Virus record (IMG/VR): IMGVR_UViG_3300017963_000188
Coordinates: 248,001-312,000 of that record
Reading direction: 5' to 3' (one strand)
Length of the DNA stretch: 64,000 nt
Position numbers and translations under genes: made by a program. This document shows positions 1 to 10,519 of the stretch, piece after piece (position 1 is the stretch's first letter; each line of letters begins with the position of its first letter). The notes beneath the pieces are model-generated. The model worked only from the letters and a program-made list of their open reading frames with translations. It had not been told where the DNA came from and ran no database searches.

Positions 1-1
1 T

Positions 2-55
2 TCAGATATTGTAGAGGGTTTTGAGGTAGAGACCCCGAACATAGGGAGAAAATAA
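2..55 (+). CDS. 3' end of an upstream ORF (partial; by position possibly a tail assembly chaperone)
   Basis: Open frame from base 2 (SDIVEGFEVETPNIGRK*) ends at TAA 53-55, which overlaps the ATG of the next gene (TAATG coupling). The function guess rests on position only. Confidence 0.45.
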   Translation, partial: SDIVEGFEVETPNIGRK

Positions 56-3000
56 TGCCTGCGGTTGAAAAAGAGATTTATGAACAGATATATAAGCTGT
101 CTACTGAAGGTCATGATAAGGTTCTCAATAATCTTGGTGATATTCATAAGGCAGTTTTGGGTATTGCTGAAGATGTAGCTTTTAAACCATTAGGTTTCAA
201 AACTCTCATATCAGAAGCAAAGAAAGCTAAAGCTAGTGTTGATGGCATTTCCAAGTCATTGCAACAGATTCCGAAAAATATTGCAGGTACTATCAAGAAA
301 GATTTCGCTGAAGGTTTTCGTGGGTTACGTAAGGATATAGCAAAAGAAGCTAAAGCAGCAAGTTCGTTTTGGGGTGAAGCTTTTTCAGGAAAATCAGTGG
401 GGAAAATAAGCCCTGCTGTTCAAGCTGCTATTCAAGATGCTACAGAAAAAGGTTTAAAAGAAGGTGTTGATGATAGTGCTGCTTCTATAAGTAAGGCTCT
501 TGAGACTCTCTTAAAACATGCTCCTACTATAAAGCCTGAGTTTGACCCTAAAGCTATGGGTCTTCCTTCTATTGAAGTGCAACCAGATATAGAGACTGCT
601 ACGATGATTGAGCAGTTTGAAGTTTTTAAGGATATGGCAGCTACTGGAGGAAAGGAATTCCAAGAAAATTTAGAGGATGCTTTTCAAAGAGGTGAAGACC
701 TTATCGAAGATATGAAGAATGCAACTGTTAATGATAAGAACCTAGTTGGCTTACAGAGATCTTTTAGGGATACTGTAAAAGGCATTCAAAAATCATTCGA
801 AAAGGGTTCTGAAGGAACCACTAAGGATTTGAAAGATGAAGTGCCTAAGATTATGAAGGGTGGTTCTGATTTCATATATGATGCCTTCCATGCCTTAGAA
901 AGTCCAGAAGCTTTTTTCCAAGGTATTGGTAAAGCTGGTGAATTTTTACAGAAGAAAGTTCCTGCTGGACTTGAAAAATGGTCTCGTTCTCTTGACAAGA
1001 AAGGTGGTTTGTTAGGTAAAGGAGCAAAAAAAGCTGCTGGTAAGGGTGCAGGAGCCGCAGCAGGTGGTGGTGGTGCTGGAGGTGCAGCTTTATCTGGTCT
1101 TGGTAAAGTAGCCATGGTTGCAGGTGCTGCATTAGCAGCAGTGGCAGCTATTGGAGCCCTAGTGAAGCTCTTGTTAGAAGCTGATTCTGCTATCAAAGAT
1201 TTTAACAAGTCTATGTTAAGTAATGTTGGTGCTGGTAATTTGATGGCAGCTACATTTTTGGAGGGTAAAGATGCAGCCAGTGCTTTTCACGATGGGTTAG
1301 ATACTCTTTATAAAGCAGGTAACGATTTTGGTTTCTTTTTAAGAACTGGGATTAAGCATGAAGAATTTGCAGCAGCTTTAGGTGCTATGTCAAAAGCTGG
1401 TTGGACATTTGCAGATGTTACAGGCCAGGCTGGAGATGATGCTAAAAACTTACAAGATGCTGTGAATTTAGCTAATGTGGCAAGTAAGAATTTTGGTATT
1501 GGTCTTACTGAAGGAGCTGAGACAATCGGTGATTGGAGAAAAAATCTTGGGATGTCTACTGAAGCAATTGCTATGACATTTGCTCAGATACAACAGGATG
1601 CTCTTGAAGCTAATATGGATGTTGGTAAATTTTTCAATACCGTGAAAAATGTGTCTTCTGATTTTGTTTTGTTTGGTGTTCGAGCCCATGAAGTTTCTGG
1701 TATGCTGGAACTTCTCGGTAAATCTGTTGGCCCAAAAAAAGCTGCTGAGATGATAGGTGGGCTCGTTGGTCAGATGAAAAATATGGGTGAGCAAGACCGT
1801 ATCCGTATTGTTGCTCTAGCTGGTCATAAGAAAACGTTAGATGCTTTACGTGGATCTCAAATGAGAGGTTTGAAGTCATTAAAGGATCAAAATGGTGCTT
1901 TCTTTGCCAGTGCTGGTAACCAAGACTTATATAATAAGGCTTTGCAAGGGAATGTTGGTGCTATAGAAGAACTTCAAAAGAAAGCTGCTGGCACAAAAGG
2001 TATGGATGAGGTAGCCAGAAGATTGTCAACCTTTGCAGAAGTTGCTAGAGAGGCCAAGGCAGGTCTTGTGGGGGCTGCTACAGGTATTGCTAGTGCTGAC
2101 CTTCAGGCACAGGTAGAAGTCCAATTCTCGGCTATTGAGCGTTTTACAGGGCCTATTGCTCAGGCATCTGGTATTCAAGCTATGGTTGCTCGTCAACAAT
2201 TAGGTCTTTCATTGGAACAGTGGAAGGCAATTAAGGGACTTGATGCTGGTATGCGTAGTGCTATGGAAAAACAAACAAAAGAAGCAGTTAAATATGGTGG
2301 TTCTTTAGCACAACTTCAAAAAGAGACAGGTATTAGGAATGAATATCTGAAAATAGGTAACACCCTTTATAAGCAAACTGCTGATGGGACTTGGAGGCAA
2401 GCTAAGAAGACTGATTTCATGTCTGATAAACTAAAAAAACAAGTCGCTAATATGGATACTCAGCAGACTGTGGCTGAAAAAGCTGCACAAGCTACTATTA
2501 GCATGTCGGAGGTAATGAAAGAAGGTTTCAAAAATGTCCTAAGGTCTTTAGGACATATGATCTCAATTATTTTGAGAGACCTTTTACCTCCGATTTTGGA
2601 TCTTGCTGGTGTGACTACACCTTACATGAAAGCTCAACAGAAGATCAAAGATGTGGGTAAGATTTTTGATGAAAAAATGGGAGGTTTTGCAGATCAAGGT
2701 GTGGTTAAAGATCTCAAAAAGGGTCTAATGACATCTGGAGCAGATGCTACCGATTCTGATATGATCACCAAAGGTGTCTCAGAGGCTTTAAAAGGTGCGG
2801 AGTTCTCCCCTCAAAAATTAGTTGATGTACTTACAGCTAGAGGTTGGGATGAAGAAGATATAGATGTAGGAGCATTTGATCGGTTGTTTGAAACTATGAA
2901 GAAAGGTGGAATTGAAGCTGAAAAAGCCAAAGATGAGTTTGCTAAATCTTTAGGTGATATGACCGAATCTGATTTGAAAGATTTCACATTTGCATTAAGT

Positions 3001-3852
3001 GCAGCCAGAAAAGAATCTAAGCTTCTAAAGAGTATGAAAGAAGAACCTGAGCGCAGTAAAAAAGAAGCTAAAAAGATGCAGGATAAATACAAAGCTCAGT
3101 TTGAAGCAACTCATGGTAAAATTTATATGGGTAGAGGGGATACTGGTATACAAAGAGCACCAAAAGTAGTTATGCCAAAAGTTAAAGAGGAAACAAAGCC
3201 TTCAAAAAAATTGACACCAGCTCCTATTGAAAAGAAAGAACCTGTTGTAACAAAATCACCTGCTCAAGATCCTGTAACTGTAGCAAAGAATACATATAGG
3301 AATGCTCAGACACAATCAAAGACATTGAAAAAGATGGCTACTGATGGGATCAAATTAGTTTCTAAAGATAAGAAATCGTTTGCAGATGCAGTGTTTGATG
3401 GTTCTTTCAGGGCTTTGATGGCTTATGGTCTTTTGAAACAATTAGGTGCTGGTTTTGATGATGTCACTAACCTGAAAGAACGTTTAGGTTCTACTGAAAA
3501 GATGTTGAAGTGGACTATGAAAGGTCCAGCTTCGGCAATGTCTGGGGAACCTGCTACTCATGACATGTTGGTTTCAAAAACAGGGTATGTCAAGTTATCT
3601 GCTGGTGATATAGCATTCAATCCTTCAGAAGCTGCTCGTGGTATGAGAGCACCAGCAGGAGCTTTGGCAGGTAAAGCCATGGCTAGATTAGCTACTGCTG
3701 GGGGTGGTGTTGGGGGTGGTAAGCCAGTAAGTATCACTAGGAATCAAAGTAACACTTTCAATATACAAGGAGATCCTGCAAAGGTGAAGAAGGTAGTAAT
3801 GGATGCTTTGGCTGAAGATAAACGTCGAGAAGCTGAGTTGGGAAGAGGTTGA
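55..3852 (+). CDS. Tail tape measure protein
   Basis: 1265 aa, Ala/Gly/Lys-rich and helical in character, with a Gly/Ala linker and a hydrophobic stretch (AMVAGAALAAVAAIGALVKLLL). C-terminal HDMLVSKTGYVKLSAGD-type motif. Lies directly upstream of tube-initiator, hub and spike genes. SD GGGAG. Confidence 0.8.
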   Translation: MPAVEKEIYEQIYKLSTEGHDKVLNNLGDIHKAVLGIAEDVAFKPLGFKTLISEAKKAKASVDGISKSLQQIPKNIAGTIKKDFAEGFRGLRKDIAKEAKAASSFWGEAFSGKSVGKISPAVQAAIQDATEKGLKEGVDDSAASISKALETLLKHAPTIKPEFDPKAMGLPSIEVQPDIETATMIEQFEVFKDMAATGGKEFQENLEDAFQRGEDLIEDMKNATVNDKNLVGLQRSFRDTVKGIQKSFEKGSEGTTKDLKDEVPKIMKGGSDFIYDAFHALESPEAFFQGIGKAGEFLQKKVPAGLEKWSRSLDKKGGLLGKGAKKAAGKGAGAAAGGGGAGGAALSGLGKVAMVAGAALAAVAAIGALVKLLLEADSAIKDFNKSMLSNVGAGNLMAATFLEGKDAASAFHDGLDTLYKAGNDFGFFLRTGIKHEEFAAALGAMSKAGWTFADVTGQAGDDAKNLQDAVNLANVASKNFGIGLTEGAETIGDWRKNLGMSTEAIAMTFAQIQQDALEANMDVGKFFNTVKNVSSDFVLFGVRAHEVSGMLELLGKSVGPKKAAEMIGGLVGQMKNMGEQDRIRIVALAGHKKTLDALRGSQMRGLKSLKDQNGAFFASAGNQDLYNKALQGNVGAIEELQKKAAGTKGMDEVARRLSTFAEVAREAKAGLVGAATGIASADLQAQVEVQFSAIERFTGPIAQASGIQAMVARQQLGLSLEQWKAIKGLDAGMRSAMEKQTKEAVKYGGSLAQLQKETGIRNEYLKIGNTLYKQTADGTWRQAKKTDFMSDKLKKQVANMDTQQTVAEKAAQATISMSEVMKEGFKNVLRSLGHMISIILRDLLPPILDLAGVTTPYMKAQQKIKDVGKIFDEKMGGFADQGVVKDLKKGLMTSGADATDSDMITKGVSEALKGAEFSPQKLVDVLTARGWDEEDIDVGAFDRLFETMKKGGIEAEKAKDEFAKSLGDMTESDLKDFTFALSAARKESKLLKSMKEEPERSKKEAKKMQDKYKAQFEATHGKIYMGRGDTGIQRAPKVVMPKVKEETKPSKKLTPAPIEKKEPVVTKSPAQDPVTVAKNTYRNAQTQSKTLKKMATDGIKLVSKDKKSFADAVFDGSFRALMAYGLLKQLGAGFDDVTNLKERLGSTEKMLKWTMKGPASAMSGEPATHDMLVSKTGYVKLSAGDIAFNPSEAARGMRAPAGALAGKAMARLATAGGGVGGGKPVSITRNQSNTFNIQGDPAKVKKVVMDALAEDKRREAELGRG

Positions 3853-3855
3853 TAG

Positions 3856-4419
3856 ATGACAAATATCCCAGGAGCTTTTACAAAAAATGAACGACGTATT
3901 GACAGGATACCTGTGATCTTTGGGATTATGTTACCTACCGGTGATCCTTTGACGAGTTTCTTTTTGATTTCTCATGTTAATCCAACTACTCTTGAAGAGA
4001 GGATGGTCCAAAAAATTGAAAGGATACAGACAAAAGGGGGTTGGGTAGAACAGCATTGGGGTCGTGAGATGGATGAAATATCAGCATCTCAAAGTACAGG
4101 AGCTTTCATGGATGTCAATTATGGATTGACAGGTGAAAGTCTTTATCGACGTAATGCTATAGCTTATGATAAATTTAAAGATTTGCTTGAATTATATAGA
4201 AATAATGGTAGTTTTTATGATGCTAATGGGCAAATCCTTTTTCAAGGACGTGTCATTATTAATTACTCTAGTGCTGAAAGGGCTGAGAAAAGATTTGAAG
4301 GGTATTTCATTAACTTCAATGTGAGTGAAGATGCTACTAAACCATGGGCATTTGAACTTTCATGGTCTTTCAAAGTGGAAAAAAGTGAAAGAAGTGTTGG
4401 TTATCAGGAGTTGAAATAG
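3856..4419 (+). CDS. Tail tube initiator-like / baseplate-tube junction protein (gp48/gp54-like), paralog 1
   Basis: 187 aa. Pattern VNPTTLEE...GGWVEQHWG...FEGYFINFNVSEDATKPWAFELSWSFKV is typical of tube-fold proteins after a TMP. Homologous to the next ORF. Confidence 0.6.
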   Translation: MTNIPGAFTKNERRIDRIPVIFGIMLPTGDPLTSFFLISHVNPTTLEERMVQKIERIQTKGGWVEQHWGREMDEISASQSTGAFMDVNYGLTGESLYRRNAIAYDKFKDLLELYRNNGSFYDANGQILFQGRVIINYSSAERAEKRFEGYFINFNVSEDATKPWAFELSWSFKVEKSERSVGYQELK

Positions 4420-5249
4420 TGGCTAATAAACGAGACTTTAATCCATCTATACTTAAAAGTCTTGAGGAGTTGCTCCCCAAGCCTATGAACAACTATGGTA
4501 ATTTCATTGTTGTAGAGGATGAGTCTATATATCCACTTAAAGGTAGTGTTCCATCTATAGCTCCTATGGTTTTTGCTTTGGTCCCACCAGATATACCTTC
4601 AACTAAACCACCATCAAATATTGAAAACTGGGTGAAAGATAGCAAAGCAGATCAGGATAAAAGACGTACACAGTTTGAGATAGATGAAGTGAAAAGTAAT
4701 GCTGAAGAGTCATTGAAAAATTTGAGATCAAGTAGAGATAATATTGATAAGATCACAAAAAAAATGAGTGAAGTACCTCCTCTTGTATTGTTGATAAACC
4801 CATCTACTTTTAGTCATGATATGTCTAAGTTGATTATAGATGGGTCTTTTACACGGTCAGGGTATGTTCGTGAGCATTGGGGGGAGAATCTTGATACTGT
4901 GAGTTGTGATGGTACAATAGGTGGTTTTTATGGTATTCAAATGCAAGGGGGGAACCTTAAGCATCAAGTAATGATTACTCGTTCACATAAGAAAGCATCA
5001 CTTTCATTTCAGAATTTAATGTCTCTAATTATGATATACGAGAATAATGGTCGAGTGTATTCTGACCTTTACGACCGTAGGAGGGTTGTTTTGGTTGGTT
5101 CTGTTATGATGTTTTGGGATGGGAATGTGTATATTGGGAATTTCAATAATTTTACTGTTTCTGATCGTGAAGAAAATCCATATAATACTCCATACTCGTT
5201 TGAATTTGCTGTGAGTTCAATAATTGACGCTTATGGGCGAGGTAACTAA
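4419..5249 (+). CDS. Tail tube initiator-like protein, paralog 2
   Basis: 276 aa, GTG start overlapping the previous TAG. INPSTFS...SGYVREHWG...YIGNFNNFTVSDREENPYNTPYSFEFAV aligns by eye with the previous ORF. Confidence 0.6.
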   Translation: MANKRDFNPSILKSLEELLPKPMNNYGNFIVVEDESIYPLKGSVPSIAPMVFALVPPDIPSTKPPSNIENWVKDSKADQDKRRTQFEIDEVKSNAEESLKNLRSSRDNIDKITKKMSEVPPLVLLINPSTFSHDMSKLIIDGSFTRSGYVREHWGENLDTVSCDGTIGGFYGIQMQGGNLKHQVMITRSHKKASLSFQNLMSLIMIYENNGRVYSDLYDRRRVVLVGSVMMFWDGNVYIGNFNNFTVSDREENPYNTPYSFEFAVSSIIDAYGRGN

Positions 5250-7858
5250 TGGGTGTAGGATGGGAAAGACCCCCTTTATTTAAGGGGACATATAGATCAA
5301 AGAAGATAGTTAGGGTAGCTCCAGATGCTTTTGTACGCATCAATGGTAAAATAGATCTTGCTCAATGTGTCAAATGTGAACGTAGCTTTGATATAAATCC
5401 ATATGTGAATAGTATTTCTATTGATCTCAATATTGATTCAGTTCCAGGTAGTGCTTCGATATCCCTTTCTATACCAAGGCATGACATTAATAATTTCTAC
5501 GGTGATGGTCATTTCTTGATTACAGAAATGATGGAAGTTGAAATTTTTATGAAAGGATACTTCAACGTATATGGGGTGCCTCAATACTACCCTGTTTTTT
5601 GGGGTCTTATCACTCAGGTATCTGAAAGTTACAGTTCTGGTGAACATTCTATTAGTTTGTCTTGTGCAGATATTTTGAAATGGTGGGAAAAGACAAGGTT
5701 GAATGTGACTCCTCATCTTTTTGAAGCTGGTATGACTAGAGCAGGGTACATACCATTGCTTGGTAATATCTTTGCTGGTGCTAATCCATATGATATCATT
5801 TTTTCATTGTCTCGAAATGTGACTGGGGATTTGTTTTTAGGTCAAAGGTCATTGCAATCTGGTCCTATTGATGCTTTCTCTCAGAAAGGTCAAATGGCAG
5901 TAGCTTCTATTATGAAGTATTGGAGAGAAAGGTTTGCTCGGTTTAAGAAATCTCTTGTTTTATATGGTATTAATGGTGCTAATTTGAGACCTTCAGCTTT
6001 ATATGAAGCTGCTGACAAGTTAGAACAAAAGATGGCTACGACTAAGAATAAAAGGTTGAGATCAAAACTCAGTAAAGAATATCGTAGATTAGCTAGTGAT
6101 GCATTACATAAGTTGAAAAACGAAGATACCAACAAAAATTTCTTGGACCCTACTAGTCCTGAAATAGTTGGTTGGAAAAATATGTTCACACAGGCTGGGC
6201 AAGTGAACCTGTGGGAATCTGAATATATGAGTAAGTTAGAAATAGCAAATCATATCAAAGATGTGATAAACTATGAATTCTTTATGGATACTACTGGAGA
6301 TATCGTATTCAAGCCACCTTTTTGGAATCTTGATGTTCGAGGAAATTACCCTATAAGTTGGATTCAAGATATTGACGTGATTGATTGGGATTTTACTTCG
6401 TCTGAATCTGAAGTATATACAATGCTAACTATGAAAGGGTCTTATAGTTCCAGATCAGAATATGGTATTGCTTCAGAGATTTGTCCTTCGTGTACTGTGA
6501 CTGATTATAAGTTACTATCCAAATATGGTTTAAGGGCACATGATTACACTTCAGAATGGATCACAAGTCCAAAAGCATTATTCTTTCATGGCTTAGATGT
6601 TTTAGATCATGCCAATGCAAGAAGGTGTACTGGTTCTGTTACAATCCCACTTAGACCTGAGCTGCGAATGGGGTTCCCTATCTATATTGAGTCACGAGAT
6701 GAGTTTTGGTACGTATCTGGTATTTCTCACACCATATCATTTGGTGGTAGAGCTACAACTACATTGTCTCTTATGCAAAAAAGAGGTAAATTCATAGCTC
6801 CAAAAGATTTTGCTACTAGTGTTCCAGAACTTGAGAAAGCAAAGACCACTACTTATCAAAATAGAAGTTCTGATACTCCTAGAGATTCAAAGACTGGTCG
6901 TATTGAAGGGCATAAAAACATTGTGATGGTATATCATAAAGGTGCTCATGAAATTCCAGATAAAGAATTTGAGGCTATGCTAGGAGGCCAGACTAAAACA
7001 AAAAAAGGAAAGAAAGTATCATCATCGGTATTTGCTAAGCATGCAAAAGCAATATACAACCTTAGCTTAGAAGATATGTCTAAAGAAGATGCTATGGAGT
7101 TTTTGCATTCCTGGGGTAATCCAGGTTTAGGACAATATGTTTATGCTCAGGTAAAGTCTGATTTAGCAAAACAAGCTGGTACTGTGAATATTGATTTGGC
7201 TCTTGATGGTCGTGAAACAGATGGGAAGCCACGTAAAAATGTGAAAGCTAAGAATGAACTTCCGGCAAGAAAGAAAGCTGTTCGACTTGTATTTCCTGTG
7301 TCAGATAATTATGGGTATGAACATATTGGTAATTACTCCTATGGAAGAGGATTGACTTTGAGTGGTGGTGGGATACGAGAGCCTTCTGGAGGTATTTCTT
7401 TGGGGCAAACAGAAACACCAGATCTGTCAAGATTTTCTGATGTCATCAATTCAAGGGGGCTTGAGAATTTTCTCACTATGTCCCCTAGTAGTGATACTGA
7501 TTTGGAAAGTAAACAAGCTTCAAGGAGAGATGTTGGGACTCAGGGTGTGTCTACTTATACTATTGATGATCCACTCACTGTTGAAGTGGATTCTGTGTCT
7601 AAGGGTGTGGCATATACCAATTTGAATCCAATACAAGAAAAAGAAACTCTTTGTGATTGCACCTTAAGTAGAATGGAACTTGATTTCATATCTCTTCTAT
7701 CAAATCGTGAAGGAGAGGGGGATTGGCAAAAAGTACGTGGAAGAGCTTCTACTAAAAGAGGTATGTCCGAATTATTAAGAGACATTTTTGCAGAAGATGA
7801 TGCTCATTGGGATGAGCATGCTAAGTACGAAAAAGATATACGGAGTAGTGATAAATGA
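5249..7858 (+). CDS. Baseplate hub protein (gp27/GpD-like) with long C-terminal extension
   Basis: 869 aa. Hub-like segments (SISIDLNIDSVPGSASISLS, FWGLITQVSESYS, YEFFMDTTGDIVFKPPFWN, IPLRPELRMGFPIYI, WYVSGISHTISFGGRATTTLSL). Lies between the tube initiators and the spike. Confidence 0.7.
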   Translation: MGVGWERPPLFKGTYRSKKIVRVAPDAFVRINGKIDLAQCVKCERSFDINPYVNSISIDLNIDSVPGSASISLSIPRHDINNFYGDGHFLITEMMEVEIFMKGYFNVYGVPQYYPVFWGLITQVSESYSSGEHSISLSCADILKWWEKTRLNVTPHLFEAGMTRAGYIPLLGNIFAGANPYDIIFSLSRNVTGDLFLGQRSLQSGPIDAFSQKGQMAVASIMKYWRERFARFKKSLVLYGINGANLRPSALYEAADKLEQKMATTKNKRLRSKLSKEYRRLASDALHKLKNEDTNKNFLDPTSPEIVGWKNMFTQAGQVNLWESEYMSKLEIANHIKDVINYEFFMDTTGDIVFKPPFWNLDVRGNYPISWIQDIDVIDWDFTSSESEVYTMLTMKGSYSSRSEYGIASEICPSCTVTDYKLLSKYGLRAHDYTSEWITSPKALFFHGLDVLDHANARRCTGSVTIPLRPELRMGFPIYIESRDEFWYVSGISHTISFGGRATTTLSLMQKRGKFIAPKDFATSVPELEKAKTTTYQNRSSDTPRDSKTGRIEGHKNIVMVYHKGAHEIPDKEFEAMLGGQTKTKKGKKVSSSVFAKHAKAIYNLSLEDMSKEDAMEFLHSWGNPGLGQYVYAQVKSDLAKQAGTVNIDLALDGRETDGKPRKNVKAKNELPARKKAVRLVFPVSDNYGYEHIGNYSYGRGLTLSGGGIREPSGGISLGQTETPDLSRFSDVINSRGLENFLTMSPSSDTDLESKQASRRDVGTQGVSTYTIDDPLTVEVDSVSKGVAYTNLNPIQEKETLCDCTLSRMELDFISLLSNREGEGDWQKVRGRASTKRGMSELLRDIFAEDDAHWDEHAKYEKDIRSSDK

Positions 7859-9924
7859 GTGTTCAGCCACGATCTTCTAAATTTCTTACCGATGCAAGAT
7901 CCAAATATGAGTTCTTACGTATTGGTCAGATCGTTAGAGTAGATTATGAGACATTACTGGCTGACATTGAATTTGTAGATGCCTCTGGTACTCGTTCTGA
8001 AGTGCCATTGTCTCAACCTATGGCTGGAGCCCGTTCTTTCTTGGGTGGTATCCCCGAAGTAGGGAGTATTGTAGTAGTTGGATTTAAACGATTCGTAAGT
8101 GGTCATGGTACTCCTATGATACTTGGGTATTTACCTAAGGGGTACTTGTCACAATTGAATTATGATCCTGTGGCTGTAGCCAATCCTAACGAAGCTCCCC
8201 TAGAAGACTTTCCAGCATTGTTTGGTACTACTAGATATAAACTCAGGAAAATATATCCTGGAAACATACTAGCTAGTTCCAGTCAAGGATCTGACCTTGT
8301 GCTAGATCGGAATGTGAGGCTTTATTCTGCTGCTGGTGATGAGGTATTTCTTCGAGCTGATGATCACACATTCCATGTTAATACTCTTAATTTCAATGAA
8401 GCTTTAGCATCAGGTAGAAGATATAGTGGGCTTATTTCTCGTAGTAAGTTATTACTTCCTGCTGATATATTTGATGAAGATGGTATGGTAAATACATCAC
8501 ATCCTGCATTTGATATACTAGATGATTGGGATTGGTTTGATGATGATTACAATCTTCTTCCAGAGGTGAATTTCAAAGAATTCCCCACCTGTGTTCTTCC
8601 AAATGGTAAACGGTACTATGTGGTTCCAGCGTCTACAGACTACAATTCACCTTATGACAAACAGACTTTTTCTTATGTGGAAGATCGTCTTGAAATAAAT
8701 CATACTTCTGACGGAATACTCCAAGTTTCAGAAGGGGTAGATGGTATAGAAGTTGACTACGATTATCCTCTCATCGAAAGAGTATATGGTACATATGTAG
8801 GGAACAGTATCTATACAGATAAAGATCGAGTCAATTATGGAAAGGTCCTAAGACCAATTCTGTTTGGTGGTAAAGATTCTGTTCCTGGTGATATCACTCC
8901 TTCTCTTGTGCCATGTGCAAGAGGTACAGATAATGAAGATGAGAGACTAGCAGCAGCATTCGTATATCGTCTTATTCGTCCTGACCAAAGAGGTGAAATC
9001 TTTATTGCTCATGATAAGGGTGGGCATGCCTTCTATCACTATCCTGCAACCACAAGTGCTCATCCATTAGGTGAGGGAAAGTCTGTTTCTTTTAACACTC
9101 ATGGTAATGTGAAGGCTGTCATAGGCAAGGATGGTGAGGGTGCAAAGAGCCTTGATATAACTACAGGTGGGTCAATTGACCTGAATCTTGGTAAAGATGC
9201 TGCTGGGTATAGTTTCAATCAAACCCTGACTGGATCAGCAAATATTGAGATTCGAGGTAAGGACAATGATGGTAACGGGTACCGATTTGTCTGTGAAGGT
9301 ACCTGCGTTGAAAGTTTGAGAGGTGGGAAGTTTTCCACTGTGTTTGGGAACTTCAAGGAAGAAGTCAGTGGTACGAAAGATGAGCGTTACAATAAAATAA
9401 CCCAAAAAGTGATAGGTGAGCATTCAACTTTTGTGGGTGAAAAGAAAAGTGTTACTGTTAAAGGTAATGTGGAAGCTACATATGCTGAAGGCATAAAGGA
9501 AACTATAATAGAAGGAGATTTTGAACGAGAAAATCTGATTGGGAATTCAAAATTAACCCTAGTCGCTGGAGACCAAATAGCACTCCTCACCTTAGGGAAC
9601 CTTAAAGAGACTTTGACTGCTGGGGATCGAGTCACAGAAATTGTAGCTGGTAATTGGAAAGTAAGTGTCACAACAGGAAGTGTTGCTATTAATGTCACTT
9701 CAGGTAATATAGATATCAAGACATTAGCTGGTAATGTGACATTGGATGGTTTACAAGTGAATGTGGTAGGAAAAGTAAAAGTAGTGATAGATGCCCCACT
9801 GGTCGATATTGGTAAGGTATTAGCAGGTGGTGTGGTTTCTGGTACAGGCCCACCCAACCCAGGAGGTCATCTTGATTATATGACGGGTATGCCACTTATG
9901 GGCTCCCCAACTGTAAAGGTGTGA
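7855..9924 (+). CDS. Baseplate central spike (gp5/gpV/VgrG-like)
   Basis: 689 aa. N-terminal OB-fold-like segment (RIGQIVRVDYETLLADIEF...GGIPEVGSIVVVGF) and C-terminal Gly/Val/Thr-rich beta-repeat region (about aa 400-660) typical of trimeric beta-helix spikes. Confidence 0.7.
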   Translation: MSVQPRSSKFLTDARSKYEFLRIGQIVRVDYETLLADIEFVDASGTRSEVPLSQPMAGARSFLGGIPEVGSIVVVGFKRFVSGHGTPMILGYLPKGYLSQLNYDPVAVANPNEAPLEDFPALFGTTRYKLRKIYPGNILASSSQGSDLVLDRNVRLYSAAGDEVFLRADDHTFHVNTLNFNEALASGRRYSGLISRSKLLLPADIFDEDGMVNTSHPAFDILDDWDWFDDDYNLLPEVNFKEFPTCVLPNGKRYYVVPASTDYNSPYDKQTFSYVEDRLEINHTSDGILQVSEGVDGIEVDYDYPLIERVYGTYVGNSIYTDKDRVNYGKVLRPILFGGKDSVPGDITPSLVPCARGTDNEDERLAAAFVYRLIRPDQRGEIFIAHDKGGHAFYHYPATTSAHPLGEGKSVSFNTHGNVKAVIGKDGEGAKSLDITTGGSIDLNLGKDAAGYSFNQTLTGSANIEIRGKDNDGNGYRFVCEGTCVESLRGGKFSTVFGNFKEEVSGTKDERYNKITQKVIGEHSTFVGEKKSVTVKGNVEATYAEGIKETIIEGDFERENLIGNSKLTLVAGDQIALLTLGNLKETLTAGDRVTEIVAGNWKVSVTTGSVAINVTSGNIDIKTLAGNVTLDGLQVNVVGKVKVVIDAPLVDIGKVLAGGVVSGTGPPNPGGHLDYMTGMPLMGSPTVKV

Positions 9925-9925
9925 T

Positions 9926-10519
9926 ATGCCCCTGACTCCTCCAGGACTTATGGGGCTATTGTCCCCTCTTATGAGTGGTGCTGGGTTTGCTGGCACAATG
10001 GCTCAACCTATGGCATTGGCTATTTCCAATGCTGTCACAACTTATCTTCTATCTCTTCAAGTGAAAACAACTGATGTTGGTACTTTTGGGACTGGTGTTG
10101 GTACAGGGAAAGTGATAATCACTCCACCTCAACTTGTGGGTCCCCTTCTTGGTGCTGCTACAGCAAACAATTTGAAGGGTACATCAACTCCTGGGCTCAT
10201 GACAGCTATCGGGAATGCTGTGGCTTCTTTCATAGCTTCAATGGCTATTGTGCAGACACAACATCCTACTGTAGCTGTGGGGTCAGGGATAGGGCAGTTA
10301 TTGATTATAGGAGGACCAGCCCCTTTACAGGGGCAGCTAATGGGTATGCTTTCAGCAGGGGGTTTTGCGGGACAATCTACACCCTCTTTTGCAACTGCCG
10401 TGGCTCAAGGATTGACACAAGGGTTAGCTACTGCTCAGATAATTCAGGTGATTGCTGGATCTCCAGTTGTACCTCCACCAGTACCATCATCTGGAGTTGG
10501 AATTGGGAAAATGTTATGA
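9926..10519 (+). CDS. Small virion protein made of three ~63 aa internal repeats
   Basis: 197 aa, rich in Pro/Gly/Ala/Thr. Repeats at aa 1-63, 64-125 and 126-197 (TPPxLxG...GFAG...AIxNAV...GxGxGK). Confidence 0.75.
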   Translation: MPLTPPGLMGLLSPLMSGAGFAGTMAQPMALAISNAVTTYLLSLQVKTTDVGTFGTGVGTGKVIITPPQLVGPLLGAATANNLKGTSTPGLMTAIGNAVASFIASMAIVQTQHPTVAVGSGIGQLLIIGGPAPLQGQLMGMLSAGGFAGQSTPSFATAVAQGLTQGLATAQIIQVIAGSPVVPPPVPSSGVGIGKML

